From positions 5,060 through 69,059 of the forward strand of contig CAZOIA010000002.1 in the NCBI GenBank assembly GCA_964579675.1: a stretch of DNA of 64,000 nt. The letters are read 5' to 3'. The notes beneath the pieces are model-generated. The model searched no databases. It had not been told where the DNA came from and worked only from the letters and a program-made list of their open reading frames with translations. The DNA is from an uncultured Planctomycetales bacterium (lineage in GTDB: Bacteria > Planctomycetota > Phycisphaerae > UBA1845 > PWPN01). The translations under genes and the position numbers were made by a program. This document shows positions 10,485 to 19,292 of the stretch, piece after piece. How positions within the stretch are numbered: the first letter of the stretch is position 1; each line of letters begins with the position of its first letter.

Positions 10485-11761
10485 GGGGAGATCCTTTTCT
10501 CCAGAAGGTTCAGCAGGTAGCGGGCCCGTTCGGCACTGGGGGTATCGCCGTAGAATTCGATGATGCGGCGGCAACGACCGGCGGCCTCACGCAGCTTGCC
10601 CTCGGCGACCAGACGTTGAGCGCCGGCGTACATGGCCAGCGCCTCGTCTGCCCGGCGCCGGGCGGCACGCCGGGCCAACTGCTGGCGGACTTCGGGGTCG
10701 GATTCGACCTGAACTCTCGCGTCCCGGGCCTGGCGCCCGAGCCGGCTGGTGCCGTAGTTGACTTCGATCTTCCGCAGCATCTCGGCCGCATCGGCTCCCC
10801 TGCCGCCGGCGATCAGCTTCCGGGCCGCCTCGAGTTCCCGCCTGCCCGGCGCTTCAACGCGCCCCAGCGCATCCCGAGCCGCCTGAACGTGCGCTGGCTC
10901 ATGCCATTGCGCCAGGGCGATGATTCGCTCGAGCCCGGCCGCCGCTTCGGCAACGTTGCCCTGGGGGCTCGCCTTGCTGATGACCGCATCCAACCGGCGT
11001 GCACATTGATCGAAGAACCAATCGAGGGCGGCCTGCCCGACCCCCGCATCCAGCACGTGCCCTATCCGCGGGCGATAGAGATTCACGTTCCCGCCGGCTT
11101 CCCGCAGCCGCTGAATACCATAGCGCATCCGATCATGGTTGACGTCGGCCATGCCCACGGCATAGAAGACCGGCACACGTCGCCGGTCCCCGATCTCGTC
11201 ATCGGTGATAAGAGGCGGGACGTAATTCGCCAGTGCCGCTACCGCCGTCACCGGTACCTTCTCCTTATAGAGCAAGTGAAAGCTCATCGCCCCCCCCGCG
11301 GAGAAGCCCGCCAGCAACACCCGGCTCTCATCGAAAGGCACATGAGCCCGCAGGTGGGCCAGCATGGCGCGTATGGTTGGGATATCGTCGCTTCGCCATC
11401 CGGGAGCGATGCCCTGGGGGGCAGCGATGAGAGTCGGCACCCGCGCGTGGCGGTCGGCCCAGAAATCTACCATCTGCCGGGCGGTGTCGTCCGTGCCGTG
11501 CAGCGCGATCAGAAGTGGGCAGCACTGGCCGGGACCGTGCCCCGCCGGCCGACGCAGCCAGTAATACGCCGGCTCGCCGCGACCGGCGATCGCCAGCCCG
11601 ATCTTTGTGACCACAGGCTTGTCGAGCATTGCTGCCGGCGCGCTGGCCGGCGGGGACGTACCACGCGATGCCGGCTGGGTCCCCGGGCCCGCGACCGCCC
11701 CCGAGTCACCCGCCACCGCTGCGGCAAGCCACAAACTGATTGTCCCACCCACCCAACGCAA
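10481..11761 (-). CDS. Secreted alpha/beta-hydrolase (phospholipase/carboxylesterase-type) with C-terminal helical/TPR-like domain
   Basis: N-terminal signal-like MRWVGGTISLWLAAAVAG, nucleophile elbow GFSAGG (GxSxG), HGTDD, and a C-terminal Ala/Arg-rich helical repeat region. Confidence 0.7.
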   Translation of the reverse strand: MRWVGGTISLWLAAAVAGDSGAVAGPGTQPASRGTSPPASAPAAMLDKPVVTKIGLAIAGRGEPAYYWLRRPAGHGPGQCCPLLIALHGTDDTARQMVDFWADRHARVPTLIAAPQGIAPGWRSDDIPTIRAMLAHLRAHVPFDESRVLLAGFSAGGAMSFHLLYKEKVPVTAVAALANYVPPLITDDEIGDRRRVPVFYAVGMADVNHDRMRYGIQRLREAGGNVNLYRPRIGHVLDAGVGQAALDWFFDQCARRLDAVISKASPQGNVAEAAAGLERIIALAQWHEPAHVQAARDALGRVEAPGRRELEAARKLIAGGRGADAAEMLRKIEVNYGTSRLGRQARDARVQVESDPEVRQQLARRAARRRADEALAMYAGAQRLVAEGKLREAAGRCRRIIEFYGDTPSAERARYLLNLLEKRISP

Positions 11762-11820
11762 TCAGGGATCTCCACATCCAACCAGGGCGGCTATTCTACG
11801 GATCGGCCGGGGCAGCTCAA

Positions 11821-13275
11821 TCAGAACAGTGGTTTCGGCTTCTCGCTCGCAAGGCGGCGGAGGATGTCCCAGAAGGCGCCGCGGTGTCCGGCCGCGATGG
11901 CCTCCTGAATGACCAGGTTGTCGTTGTAGTTGTAGTTGGTGGCGTCCTTGGCGCGGGGTGGGGGAAAGAACCGCCCGTCGCCGCCAATCAGATCACACAC
12001 GAGGGCACCCGGGTCGTCGCCGAGCTGACGCTCGACGTAGAACACGGGCCGGAAGAAACCGGCGTTGTCAATGACGTGTCCTTGGAGGTTGGGGTTGTCG
12101 GGCAGAGGCCCTTGCCGGCTGACGATCTCCGCAAGCCGGGTGCCCGGATAGATCCTCACCCCGGTGGCCGCCCCCGCCCGATCGGGGTCGGCGGCCTTGA
12201 CGAAGTCGATCGTTTCAGCCACCGAAGTCGCATCCTCGCCGGGGCCGCCGATGAGCAGATCGAGCATGACGCTGATGCCGGCCCCTCGGCAATACCGGAC
12301 CGTCCGTTGGATATCCTCGCGGTCGTAGGTGCGTCCCAGGGCGGCAAGCATCCGGTTGCAGCCGCTGTCCGCGCCAAAGTTGATCCCGACGCAGCCGGCC
12401 CGGCGCATCTCCGTGGCCAGCTCGGCCGAGAACGGCTCCACGCTCGCGTAGCAGTACCAGCGGACGCGGTCGCCCAGCTTGCGGGCGATCATCTCCTCGC
12501 ACACCGCCATCGCGTGTTGAGATGGGATATTGAACTCCCCATCGCACAGATGCAGGATGTCCACACCCTGGCCGAGCAGCGACTCGATCTCGTCGGCGAC
12601 CTGCCCGGCGGGCCGGCAGCGGATGATGCGTCCCTTGGCCAGCGGATCGGCACAGTAGATGCACTTCTCCGGGCAGCCACGCTTGGTCTCGATGCTGCCC
12701 ATCGCGCCCTCGCGGAGGTAGCGGGCGTTGTCGATGAGCTGGCGCCCGATGGGAATATCTAACGACCCGTTGTAGCGGGGCGGGTTGAGCATGATTTCAC
12801 CGTGGTCGTCGCGATAGGCCAGGCCCGCAACGCTACGGTAGTCCTTGCCATCTGTCAGGCATTGCACCAGTTTCAGGAAGGCATCCTCGCCGTCGCCAAC
12901 AACGGCCAGGTCCACCCCGCAGGTCTCGAGTATCCGCACGGGAAAGATGCTGAATCCGCACCCGCCGAGGACGATCGGCACCGGCGTTGCCGAACGTATC
13001 AACTCGATGATCTCGCCCAACCGCGGCACGAACCACGCCCCGCTCGATAAGTAGCAGTCATCGGTATTTCGGAAACTCACGCCGATTGCGATGGGATCCG
13101 CATCGGCAAGGGTGTGCGCGATTTCCCGGGCTGGATCATCGACGAAGGACAGATCCACGAGGGTAACCTCGATGCCCGCCGCTGCCACTCGCCCGCCGAT
13201 GTAGTCCAGCGCCAGCGGCGCGACCGGCGGTTTCATTTCGTTCGAGTTGACCAGTACGACATTGCGACGGGGCAC
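11821..13275 (-). CDS. B12-binding-domain radical SAM enzyme (class B)
   Basis: The N-terminal Rossmann-like cobalamin-binding region (VVLVNSNE...IAIGVSF...VLGGCGFS) is followed by TKRGCPEKCIYCADP (CxxxCxxC radical SAM cluster). Confidence 0.85.
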   Translation of the reverse strand: MPRRNVVLVNSNEMKPPVAPLALDYIGGRVAAAGIEVTLVDLSFVDDPAREIAHTLADADPIAIGVSFRNTDDCYLSSGAWFVPRLGEIIELIRSATPVPIVLGGCGFSIFPVRILETCGVDLAVVGDGEDAFLKLVQCLTDGKDYRSVAGLAYRDDHGEIMLNPPRYNGSLDIPIGRQLIDNARYLREGAMGSIETKRGCPEKCIYCADPLAKGRIIRCRPAGQVADEIESLLGQGVDILHLCDGEFNIPSQHAMAVCEEMIARKLGDRVRWYCYASVEPFSAELATEMRRAGCVGINFGADSGCNRMLAALGRTYDREDIQRTVRYCRGAGISVMLDLLIGGPGEDATSVAETIDFVKAADPDRAGAATGVRIYPGTRLAEIVSRQGPLPDNPNLQGHVIDNAGFFRPVFYVERQLGDDPGALVCDLIGGDGRFFPPPRAKDATNYNYNDNLVIQEAIAAGHRGAFWDILRRLASEKPKPLF

Positions 13276-13326
13276 GGTGGACCTCGGTCGTCAAACGACG
13301 AGTGCAGCCGGGAATCAATGATCTTA

Positions 13327-13454
13327 CGCGCTCCCCTTCGGGTCGCGGCTAAACGTCGATGCATTGCCCTTCGGGTCGCGGCTAAACGTCGATGCATTGC
13401 CCTTCGGGTCGCGGCTAAACACCCAACGCGCTCCCCTTCGGGTCGCGGCTAAAC
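13327..13454 (-). repeat. Tandem array of 4 copies of a 28-nt hairpin repeat (sense form GTTTAGCCGCGACCCGAAGGGGAGCGCG); two full and two 3'-truncated copies
   Basis: Full copies at 13327-13354 and 13427-13454. An exact 33-nt unit gtcgatgcattgcccttcgggtcgcggctaaac is duplicated at 13355-13387 and 13388-13420. The array sits in the 248-nt spacer between the RACo-like and radical SAM genes. Confidence 0.85.
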
Positions 13455-13487
13455 GTGCGTTATCAGTACCCGCCCGGCGCGGCGGGG

Positions 13488-13537
13488 CTCAACTCTCGAT
13501 CGTCAGTTCTCAACTCTGAACCCTCAATTCTCAACTG
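13488..13537 (-). repeat. Degenerate heptad repeat tract (GTTGAGA-type, 21-nt super-period) overlapping the stop of the RACo-like gene
   Basis: The minus strand reads GTTGAGAATTGAGGGTTCAGA GTTGAGAACTGACGATCGAGA GTTGAG. GTTGAGA recurs exactly every 21 nt. The gene stop TGA (13524-13526) lies inside the tract. Confidence 0.6.
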
Positions 13538-15158
13538 CAATCGGCTGAAGCTCCGTCATTGTCGCGAACAGGTGGAAGAAGTCCGGCTCCTTTGCAAGTT
13601 CGACGTGCTCGATTCGGCGCACGAGGGATTCAATCCGATCGCGGCAAGCCCGGCTCAGCAGGGCCGCCTTGGCCCCCTCGATGCTGGCGTTGCCGATCCG
13701 AACGACGCGTTCCTCAGGCACCGGCACGAACAAGCCGATCTGTCGGGCCTTGCGGGCGTCGATTCTATTGGCGAATGCCCCGGCGAGGTAATAAGTTCCG
13801 ATCCGCGACGGGCCAATGCCGAACCGCCGAAGCAGGACGGCCTGTCCCAGGCCGATCGCGGCTTTGGTCAGCGCCAATTCGCTGGCGTCGCCGCGGGTGA
13901 AGAACAACGGCGGGTCATCCGAGACGGCCACCCGGTCGGCCCCGTCGTGGAACCGGCCCATTCCGTCCATTTCGCCCGCCGCGCGAAGCTCGGCCAGGAT
14001 GTCCACCAGGCCCGACCCGCAAATCCCTCGAACGGGGCCCGACCCGATCGACGAGACCTCCCAGCGATCGCCACACCGCCGCATTGCGGTAATCGCCCCT
14101 TCGCAGGCCGGCAGCCCGCAACTGACCCTGCCTCCCTCAAACGCCGGGCCCGCTGCACACGAAGCCGCGATGAGCCGATCGCGGCCGCCGACCACAACCT
14201 CGGTGTTCGTGCCGATGTCGATCACCATAAACGGATCGGTGGGCTCCTCGATCGGAATCGTGGCCAGCACCGCGGCGATGTCGGCTCCCACGTGATTCGA
14301 GATCAGCGGCAGGCCGTATACCCGCGCCCGCGGATGCACGTTCAAACCCAGTTGGTCTCCATCGGCCCAGATCGCGGTGCTCTCCCGCCGGCCGGCGAGA
14401 ACCTCCGCCTGAGTCTGGGACATGAACGGGTTCTGCCCAATCGGCTGCACGTTCAGCCCGAACAGCAGGTCGCGCATCGTCGGGTTGCCGGCAACCGTGA
14501 CCGCGAACACCGTCGCCGGGTCGATGGGTAGATCACGCAACAGGTGATTCAGGTGCGTAATGATCGTGTGGTGCAGTTGCCCGGGGTTATCCCTGTCGTA
14601 CGAGATGCGATGCATCACGTCGCTCCCGCCGTACTTCTGCGGGTTCTCGAATGCACGGACCTCAAGCGTGTCACCCGATTCCAGATCGACCAGGTGCATG
14701 ACAACCGTCGTGGTGCCGACATCGACCGCCACGCCATGAATCCCCCCGGTCGCCTCGGCCAGCTTCTCCCCGTCGCAGTAGACGCTGCCCCCGCGGCGTT
14801 GAATCCAGGGCTCGAACGCATCGAGCGCCGGCCGACCGGTCGCCGCGATCTCGAGCTTCTGTTTGAACGTCTCAACCTCGACGACGGCGTCGCTGCGGGC
14901 GATCCTGGCCTGGCAGGCGAGCCGGAACGTCTGCTCCTCGCGGTCGCTTTGCTGCCTGAGGAACGCTTCCGCCTCGGACCACGGCGTGAGGGCGTCACTG
15001 CCGCTCTTGATCTGAACGGCGCACTCCTTGCACTTGCCGATGCCCGGGCACGAGCTGGCGATGTCCCGGGCGCCCCGTGCGGATCGCCGGGCCGCGTCAA
15101 GAATCGTCTCACCGACCTGGACCTCGATACGCTCGCCGTTGAAGATCAACATTGCCAT
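13524..15158 (-). CDS. RACo-like reductive activator of corrinoid proteins (2Fe-2S ferredoxin domain + ASKHA/DUF4445 ATPase domain)
   Basis: The N-terminus MAMLIFNGERIEVQVGETILDAARR...SSCPGIGKCKECAV...RLACQ has a plant-type 2Fe-2S Cys pattern. The long C-terminal region with GVAVDVGTTTVVMHL and VIDIGTNTEVV phosphate-binding motifs is typical of ASKHA corrinoid activators. ATG at 15158. Confidence 0.8.
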   Translation of the reverse strand: MAMLIFNGERIEVQVGETILDAARRSARGARDIASSCPGIGKCKECAVQIKSGSDALTPWSEAEAFLRQQSDREEQTFRLACQARIARSDAVVEVETFKQKLEIAATGRPALDAFEPWIQRRGGSVYCDGEKLAEATGGIHGVAVDVGTTTVVMHLVDLESGDTLEVRAFENPQKYGGSDVMHRISYDRDNPGQLHHTIITHLNHLLRDLPIDPATVFAVTVAGNPTMRDLLFGLNVQPIGQNPFMSQTQAEVLAGRRESTAIWADGDQLGLNVHPRARVYGLPLISNHVGADIAAVLATIPIEEPTDPFMVIDIGTNTEVVVGGRDRLIAASCAAGPAFEGGRVSCGLPACEGAITAMRRCGDRWEVSSIGSGPVRGICGSGLVDILAELRAAGEMDGMGRFHDGADRVAVSDDPPLFFTRGDASELALTKAAIGLGQAVLLRRFGIGPSRIGTYYLAGAFANRIDARKARQIGLFVPVPEERVVRIGNASIEGAKAALLSRACRDRIESLVRRIEHVELAKEPDFFHLFATMTELQPIAVEN

Positions 15159-15272
15159 GGAATAGCCATACCTCACCTTCCGCCGGGGCCAGCTTGGGGG
15201 GGACCGCTCCACCCTGCTTTCTGGGTATCTCCGGAAAGGATATAGTATATGGCAACCACAGGAGCTTTCATC

Positions 15273-16502
15273 ATGACGCCGCGCGAGCGTGTTCTGGCCG
15301 CCATCCGGCACGAAGAGCCCGATCGGGTTCCCATCGACTGCGGGGCCATGCGGTCCACCGGTATCCAGGCCATTGCATACAACCGGCTCAAAGCCCACCT
15401 GGGTGTCCGGACCGGGCAGACCCGCGTCTTCGACGTCATTCAGCAGTTGGCTGAGCCCGAGGACTTCTACCTGGACCGTTTCCGTATCGACGCGATTAAC
15501 GCGGGGCGGGACTTCTCGCCAGACAACTGGAAGGACTGGGCGCTTCCGGACGGGTCGGCCTGTGAGATACCAGGTTACATGGATTTCCGCCCGGACGGTG
15601 GCGACTGGCTCGCCTTCAGTACCGATGGCGAGCTGGTGGCCCGGATGGTCGAAGGAGCCACCTACTTCAACCAGGCGTGTTATCCGCTGGATCGAGACGA
15701 TTGGGCCGACATGCTCGACCGCACGGCGGAGCAGTTGGGCCGGGTTTCTTGGGCAGCGCTGGCCGAACCCATCTACGAGGGCGGCCTCTCAGATGCGAAC
15801 CTTCAGCGGATCGCCGCTCACGTCAGGCACCTTCGCGAGACGAGCGACCGGGCGATCATGATCGCCTTTGGCGCCAATCTCTTCGAGTGGGCGTCGTACC
15901 TGAGGCGAATGGACAACTACCTGATGGATCTGGCCGCCGAGCCCGCCCGGGCCGAAGCGCTGCTGGACAAGCTAGTTGAAATCCACCTGGCCGGTCTGGA
16001 CCGTTTGCTGCCCGTGCTCGGCGACAACGTGGATCTGATCCAGCTCGGCGACGACCTGGGCATGGAGAGCGGGCCCTTCTTCTCGCCGCGGGTATTCCGC
16101 ACGCTCTTCAAGCCGCGGTACAAGGTCATCGTGGACCACGTGAAGAAGCTCAAGCCGGATCTCACGGTGTTCCTGCATTCCTGCGGGTCGATCTACGCCC
16201 TGCTCGGCGACCTGATCGAAGTCGGGATCGAGGTGGTCAACCCGGTACAGATCTCAGCGAAGAACATGACACCGGCCGGGCTCAAGCGTGAGTTCGGCAG
16301 TGACATCACGTTCTGGGGCGGCGGCTGTGATACTCAGCACGTCCTGCCGCGGGCCACCCCGCAGGAGGTGAGGGATCACGTCCGCCGCAACATCGACACG
16401 TTCGCGCCGGGCGGCGGGTTCGTCTTCAACCAGGTTCACAACATCCTCTCCGAAGTCCCACCCGAGAACATCGTTGCCATGTACGAAGCGGCGATGGAGT
16501 GA
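15273..16502 (+). CDS. Uroporphyrinogen-decarboxylase-family methyltransferase (MtaA/CmuA-like corrinoid methyltransferase)
   Basis: MTPRERVLAAIRHEEPDRVPID... is a typical MT2/UroD-family N-terminus. Length is ~410 aa. Divergent from the RACo-like gene. An alternative ATG at 15249 is possible. Confidence 0.8.
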   Translation: MTPRERVLAAIRHEEPDRVPIDCGAMRSTGIQAIAYNRLKAHLGVRTGQTRVFDVIQQLAEPEDFYLDRFRIDAINAGRDFSPDNWKDWALPDGSACEIPGYMDFRPDGGDWLAFSTDGELVARMVEGATYFNQACYPLDRDDWADMLDRTAEQLGRVSWAALAEPIYEGGLSDANLQRIAAHVRHLRETSDRAIMIAFGANLFEWASYLRRMDNYLMDLAAEPARAEALLDKLVEIHLAGLDRLLPVLGDNVDLIQLGDDLGMESGPFFSPRVFRTLFKPRYKVIVDHVKKLKPDLTVFLHSCGSIYALLGDLIEVGIEVVNPVQISAKNMTPAGLKREFGSDITFWGGGCDTQHVLPRATPQEVRDHVRRNIDTFAPGGGFVFNQVHNILSEVPPENIVAMYEAAME

Positions 16503-16518
16503 GTGCGTAGCGGCTTCA

Positions 16519-18024
16519 TCACTGAGTTTCACCGTCCGGCTCGTGTTGCTCCTTGAGCGCATCGAGCAGCGGATCGCCGGTCGATTCCATCAATTCGCGC
16601 ATCTCCAGCCTGAGCTTGTCGATCTCGTCCCGGCAACGGGGATCGTCGATGAGGTTGTGCAAGGCACACGGGTCCTTCTGGAAGTCATAGAACTCCTCGG
16701 GCACCCGGTACAGGAACAGCTTGACGCGGTCGGCGATGTGCTCGTCCCTCTCGGCGGCGGCTTGCATCGCCTTCATCGTCAGGCCGCTTTGCGATTCGTT
16801 CTTAAAGACCGTCTTGCCGTCGGACCAGGAGTTGAAGATGTAGCCGAAACGCCTGTTCTGAATGCAGCGCATCGGGTAATCGCGCTTACCTGCGGTTCGG
16901 TGAAAGACGGTGAAGACCTTGTCGCGGCCCTCCTGGCGCCCACCGGTGAGCACCGGGAGAAACGATCGTCCATCCATCCCCGGGACCGGGGACAAGCCGA
17001 CCACCTCCAGGACGGTGGGCATGAAGTCTATGCCCGAGATGAAGTGCTCGGCATCGACAGTGCCCGTTTTCACCTTGCCGGGCCAGCGGACGATCCAGGG
17101 CGTCCGGGTGCTGGTCAGATAGCAGTTGGTCTTGGCGAAGGGGAAGGCCATCCCGTGATCGCTCAGGAACATGACGATGGTGTTGTCCTTAAGGCCGGTT
17201 TCGGCAAGGGCCCGCAGAATCTCGCCCACCGTCTCGTCGCAACGATGCACGGAGGTGTAATATTCAGCCACCTCCTTGCGCACGTCGGGCAGGTCGGGCA
17301 GGAACCCCGGCACCTGGACCTGGTCGGGCTTGTAATACCGGCTGGCCTTGGGAAAGGCTGCAAGAGCGCGTTTCTTCTGCCTGGCTGCCTGGTTCCTCTC
17401 CTGCCGACTGCCGGCAAAGGGGCGATGGGGATCGTGGGAGTTGGCCATCAGAAAGAACGGTTGACGAGCGTCCTTCGCCTTCTGGAAGAAGGCCCTGGCG
17501 TGCTGATAGTACAGGGCGGGGGCCCGGCCGGAGCCGAGCTGATCGCCCCGGACGACCATGTCCCAGCAGAACTTGCTTTCCGGCTCCAGGTGGCGCGTCT
17601 TGCCGAGGATGCCGTTCATGTAGCCCACCGCCTTCAGGGATTCCTGTAACGTGGGAACGTCGGGATTGATCGGCTGGAACCCCCGGGCCCCGTTGCGGTG
17701 GGGATATCTGCCGGTCATGAGCACCGAACGGCAGGGCTGGCAGACGGCGATGGTGACGTGGGCGTGAACGAAACGAATGCCCTCGGATGCGAGCTTATCA
17801 AGGTTCGGCGTGATCCCCGGCGTCTGGCAGCCGGTGACGCCGAGCGAGTCGTAGTTCATGTCGTCGGCGGTGATGAGCAGCACGTTGGGGCGGGTGCCGC
17901 GACCGGATGTGCTCTCGACGGCCGCATCAGCCTGATCAGGGGAGTAACCCTCTGCCGCGATCGCCGGGAAGGAACTCACAGCAACGCACAGCAGCCCAGT
18001 ATTCAGCCACAGATAAGCTTTCAT
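16519..18024 (-). CDS. Secreted sulfatase (formylglycine-dependent, arylsulfatase family)
   Basis: Signal peptide MKAYLWLNTGLLCVAVSSFPAIAA, NVLLITADD, and the FGly motif CQPCRSVLMTGR (CxPxR). Confidence 0.9.
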   Translation of the reverse strand: MKAYLWLNTGLLCVAVSSFPAIAAEGYSPDQADAAVESTSGRGTRPNVLLITADDMNYDSLGVTGCQTPGITPNLDKLASEGIRFVHAHVTIAVCQPCRSVLMTGRYPHRNGARGFQPINPDVPTLQESLKAVGYMNGILGKTRHLEPESKFCWDMVVRGDQLGSGRAPALYYQHARAFFQKAKDARQPFFLMANSHDPHRPFAGSRQERNQAARQKKRALAAFPKASRYYKPDQVQVPGFLPDLPDVRKEVAEYYTSVHRCDETVGEILRALAETGLKDNTIVMFLSDHGMAFPFAKTNCYLTSTRTPWIVRWPGKVKTGTVDAEHFISGIDFMPTVLEVVGLSPVPGMDGRSFLPVLTGGRQEGRDKVFTVFHRTAGKRDYPMRCIQNRRFGYIFNSWSDGKTVFKNESQSGLTMKAMQAAAERDEHIADRVKLFLYRVPEEFYDFQKDPCALHNLIDDPRCRDEIDKLRLEMRELMESTGDPLLDALKEQHEPDGETQ

Positions 18025-18158
18025 GCGACCTGTCCTTGTTAGCGGGTAAGATGAACGGCCGGCACTTGACGTCTATCATCGCTTCTTGTACACCAAATCG
18101 CGTCGGATGGCCATGCGCCGCGGGGGAAAACGGGGTCACTCTTGAGGCACGAGCGCCG

Positions 18159-19268
18159 ATGAGCGTACGAGCATATGTAATGGCGGTCACACTCCTCTCG
18201 GCGGTACCGGCGAGCCCCGGAGCGGACGCGGAGGCGGAGTTTCGAAGGGGGATACAGCTTTATGAATCCGGCCAATACGATCAGGCGGTGGAGGTACTGA
18301 CCCCGTACGTGGACAAGCCGGCGGACGCCCGGAACGCAGCCCGCGCAATGTATACAATCGCCGCCATCCAGGCGGCCAAGGGCCGGCCGGCCGACGCTGA
18401 GACAACCCTGGAACGATTACTGGCCAAGTACCCCGCCAGCGGTTGGTCGCTCAACGCCTATGCCCTGCTTGCCGAGCGGGCGGCCGCGAGCCGGGACTGG
18501 GACCGCGCCGCCGAGCGGATATCACGGTTCCTGGATCTCTATCTGGCCGGACCCTATGCGACAATTGATGACGTTGTGTGCCGGCAGATGTTCGAGCGGC
18601 TCGTGGAATGTGCCAGGAACGCATCTCGCGGTGCTTCGCTCAAGGTGATCCATCGCTCGCTGAGAACGAAGTATCCCACGTCGTCAGGGACCGGGCGGGT
18701 GGTCGAGTTCTTTGCGGGCGTTGATCCGACCGACCCGGATGCGAATCTGGTACTGAACGCCGGTTTCGAGCTGGATGCGCGAGAGATCGGCACGCCGGTG
18801 GGGTGGACGTACCGGGGCAGCGAGCCCAACCTTCAGGACGACATCGACGGGACGATCAAGACCGGTACTCACATCAAGCTCATCCGTGCCCGGACCGGGA
18901 CGTATGCGGCCGGCAAGTTCACGCTGTGGGGCAAGCATCGGGGCTGGCTGTATCAGCGGGTGCCGGTTCTGCCCGGCAAGCGATACGACGTGAGCGTATA
19001 CGGGATGACGCCGGCATTGGAGGCCCACCCCGGGCAGGTTCGGCTCGGGGTCGATATCAAGGGGGGCACGCATCCGGCCGACGGCAGCGTGCAGTGGACC
19101 GAGCCGGTCTCGCCGCAGGAGCAGTACGAGAAGCTGGCATTCGAGGGCCAGACGGCCCTCACCGCGGAGGGCCGCTTCCTCACTGTTTACCTCGAACTTC
19201 GCCAGGACAACGAAGCAGCCGGCAACGCGATGCTGTTCGATGACGTGGTTGTCCAGCAAGCAAAGTGA
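18159..19268 (+). CDS. Secreted TPR-repeat protein with C-terminal CBM4/9-like carbohydrate-binding module
   Basis: ATG 18159 (MSVRAYVMAVTLLSAVPASPGADA, a signal peptide). TPR-like FRRGIQLYESGQYDQAVEVL. The C-terminus NAGFELD...MLFDDVVVQQ is typical of CBM_4_9-type jelly rolls. Confidence 0.6.
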   Translation: MSVRAYVMAVTLLSAVPASPGADAEAEFRRGIQLYESGQYDQAVEVLTPYVDKPADARNAARAMYTIAAIQAAKGRPADAETTLERLLAKYPASGWSLNAYALLAERAAASRDWDRAAERISRFLDLYLAGPYATIDDVVCRQMFERLVECARNASRGASLKVIHRSLRTKYPTSSGTGRVVEFFAGVDPTDPDANLVLNAGFELDAREIGTPVGWTYRGSEPNLQDDIDGTIKTGTHIKLIRARTGTYAAGKFTLWGKHRGWLYQRVPVLPGKRYDVSVYGMTPALEAHPGQVRLGVDIKGGTHPADGSVQWTEPVSPQEQYEKLAFEGQTALTAEGRFLTVYLELRQDNEAAGNAMLFDDVVVQQAK

Positions 19269-19292
19269 ACAACGACGGGCGGGAGGTTCCCG

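Noticed and set aside
13327-13454. CRISPR array interpretation of the 28-nt repeats (GTTT... start, 28-nt length, tandem copies).
   Set aside because: The gaps between the repeats are only 5-12 nt and two are identical. Periodicity is 33-34 nt, there are no cas genes in the window, and copies are dispersed singly or in pairs inside operons. The element is better described as REP-like.
15159-15272. Cobalamin riboswitch in the RACo / UroD-methyltransferase divergent spacer (and in the 13276-13523 spacer).
   Set aside because: No B12-box-like sequence (consensus around AGYCMGGAGACCKGCC) was seen, and the spacer is too short for the full aptamer.
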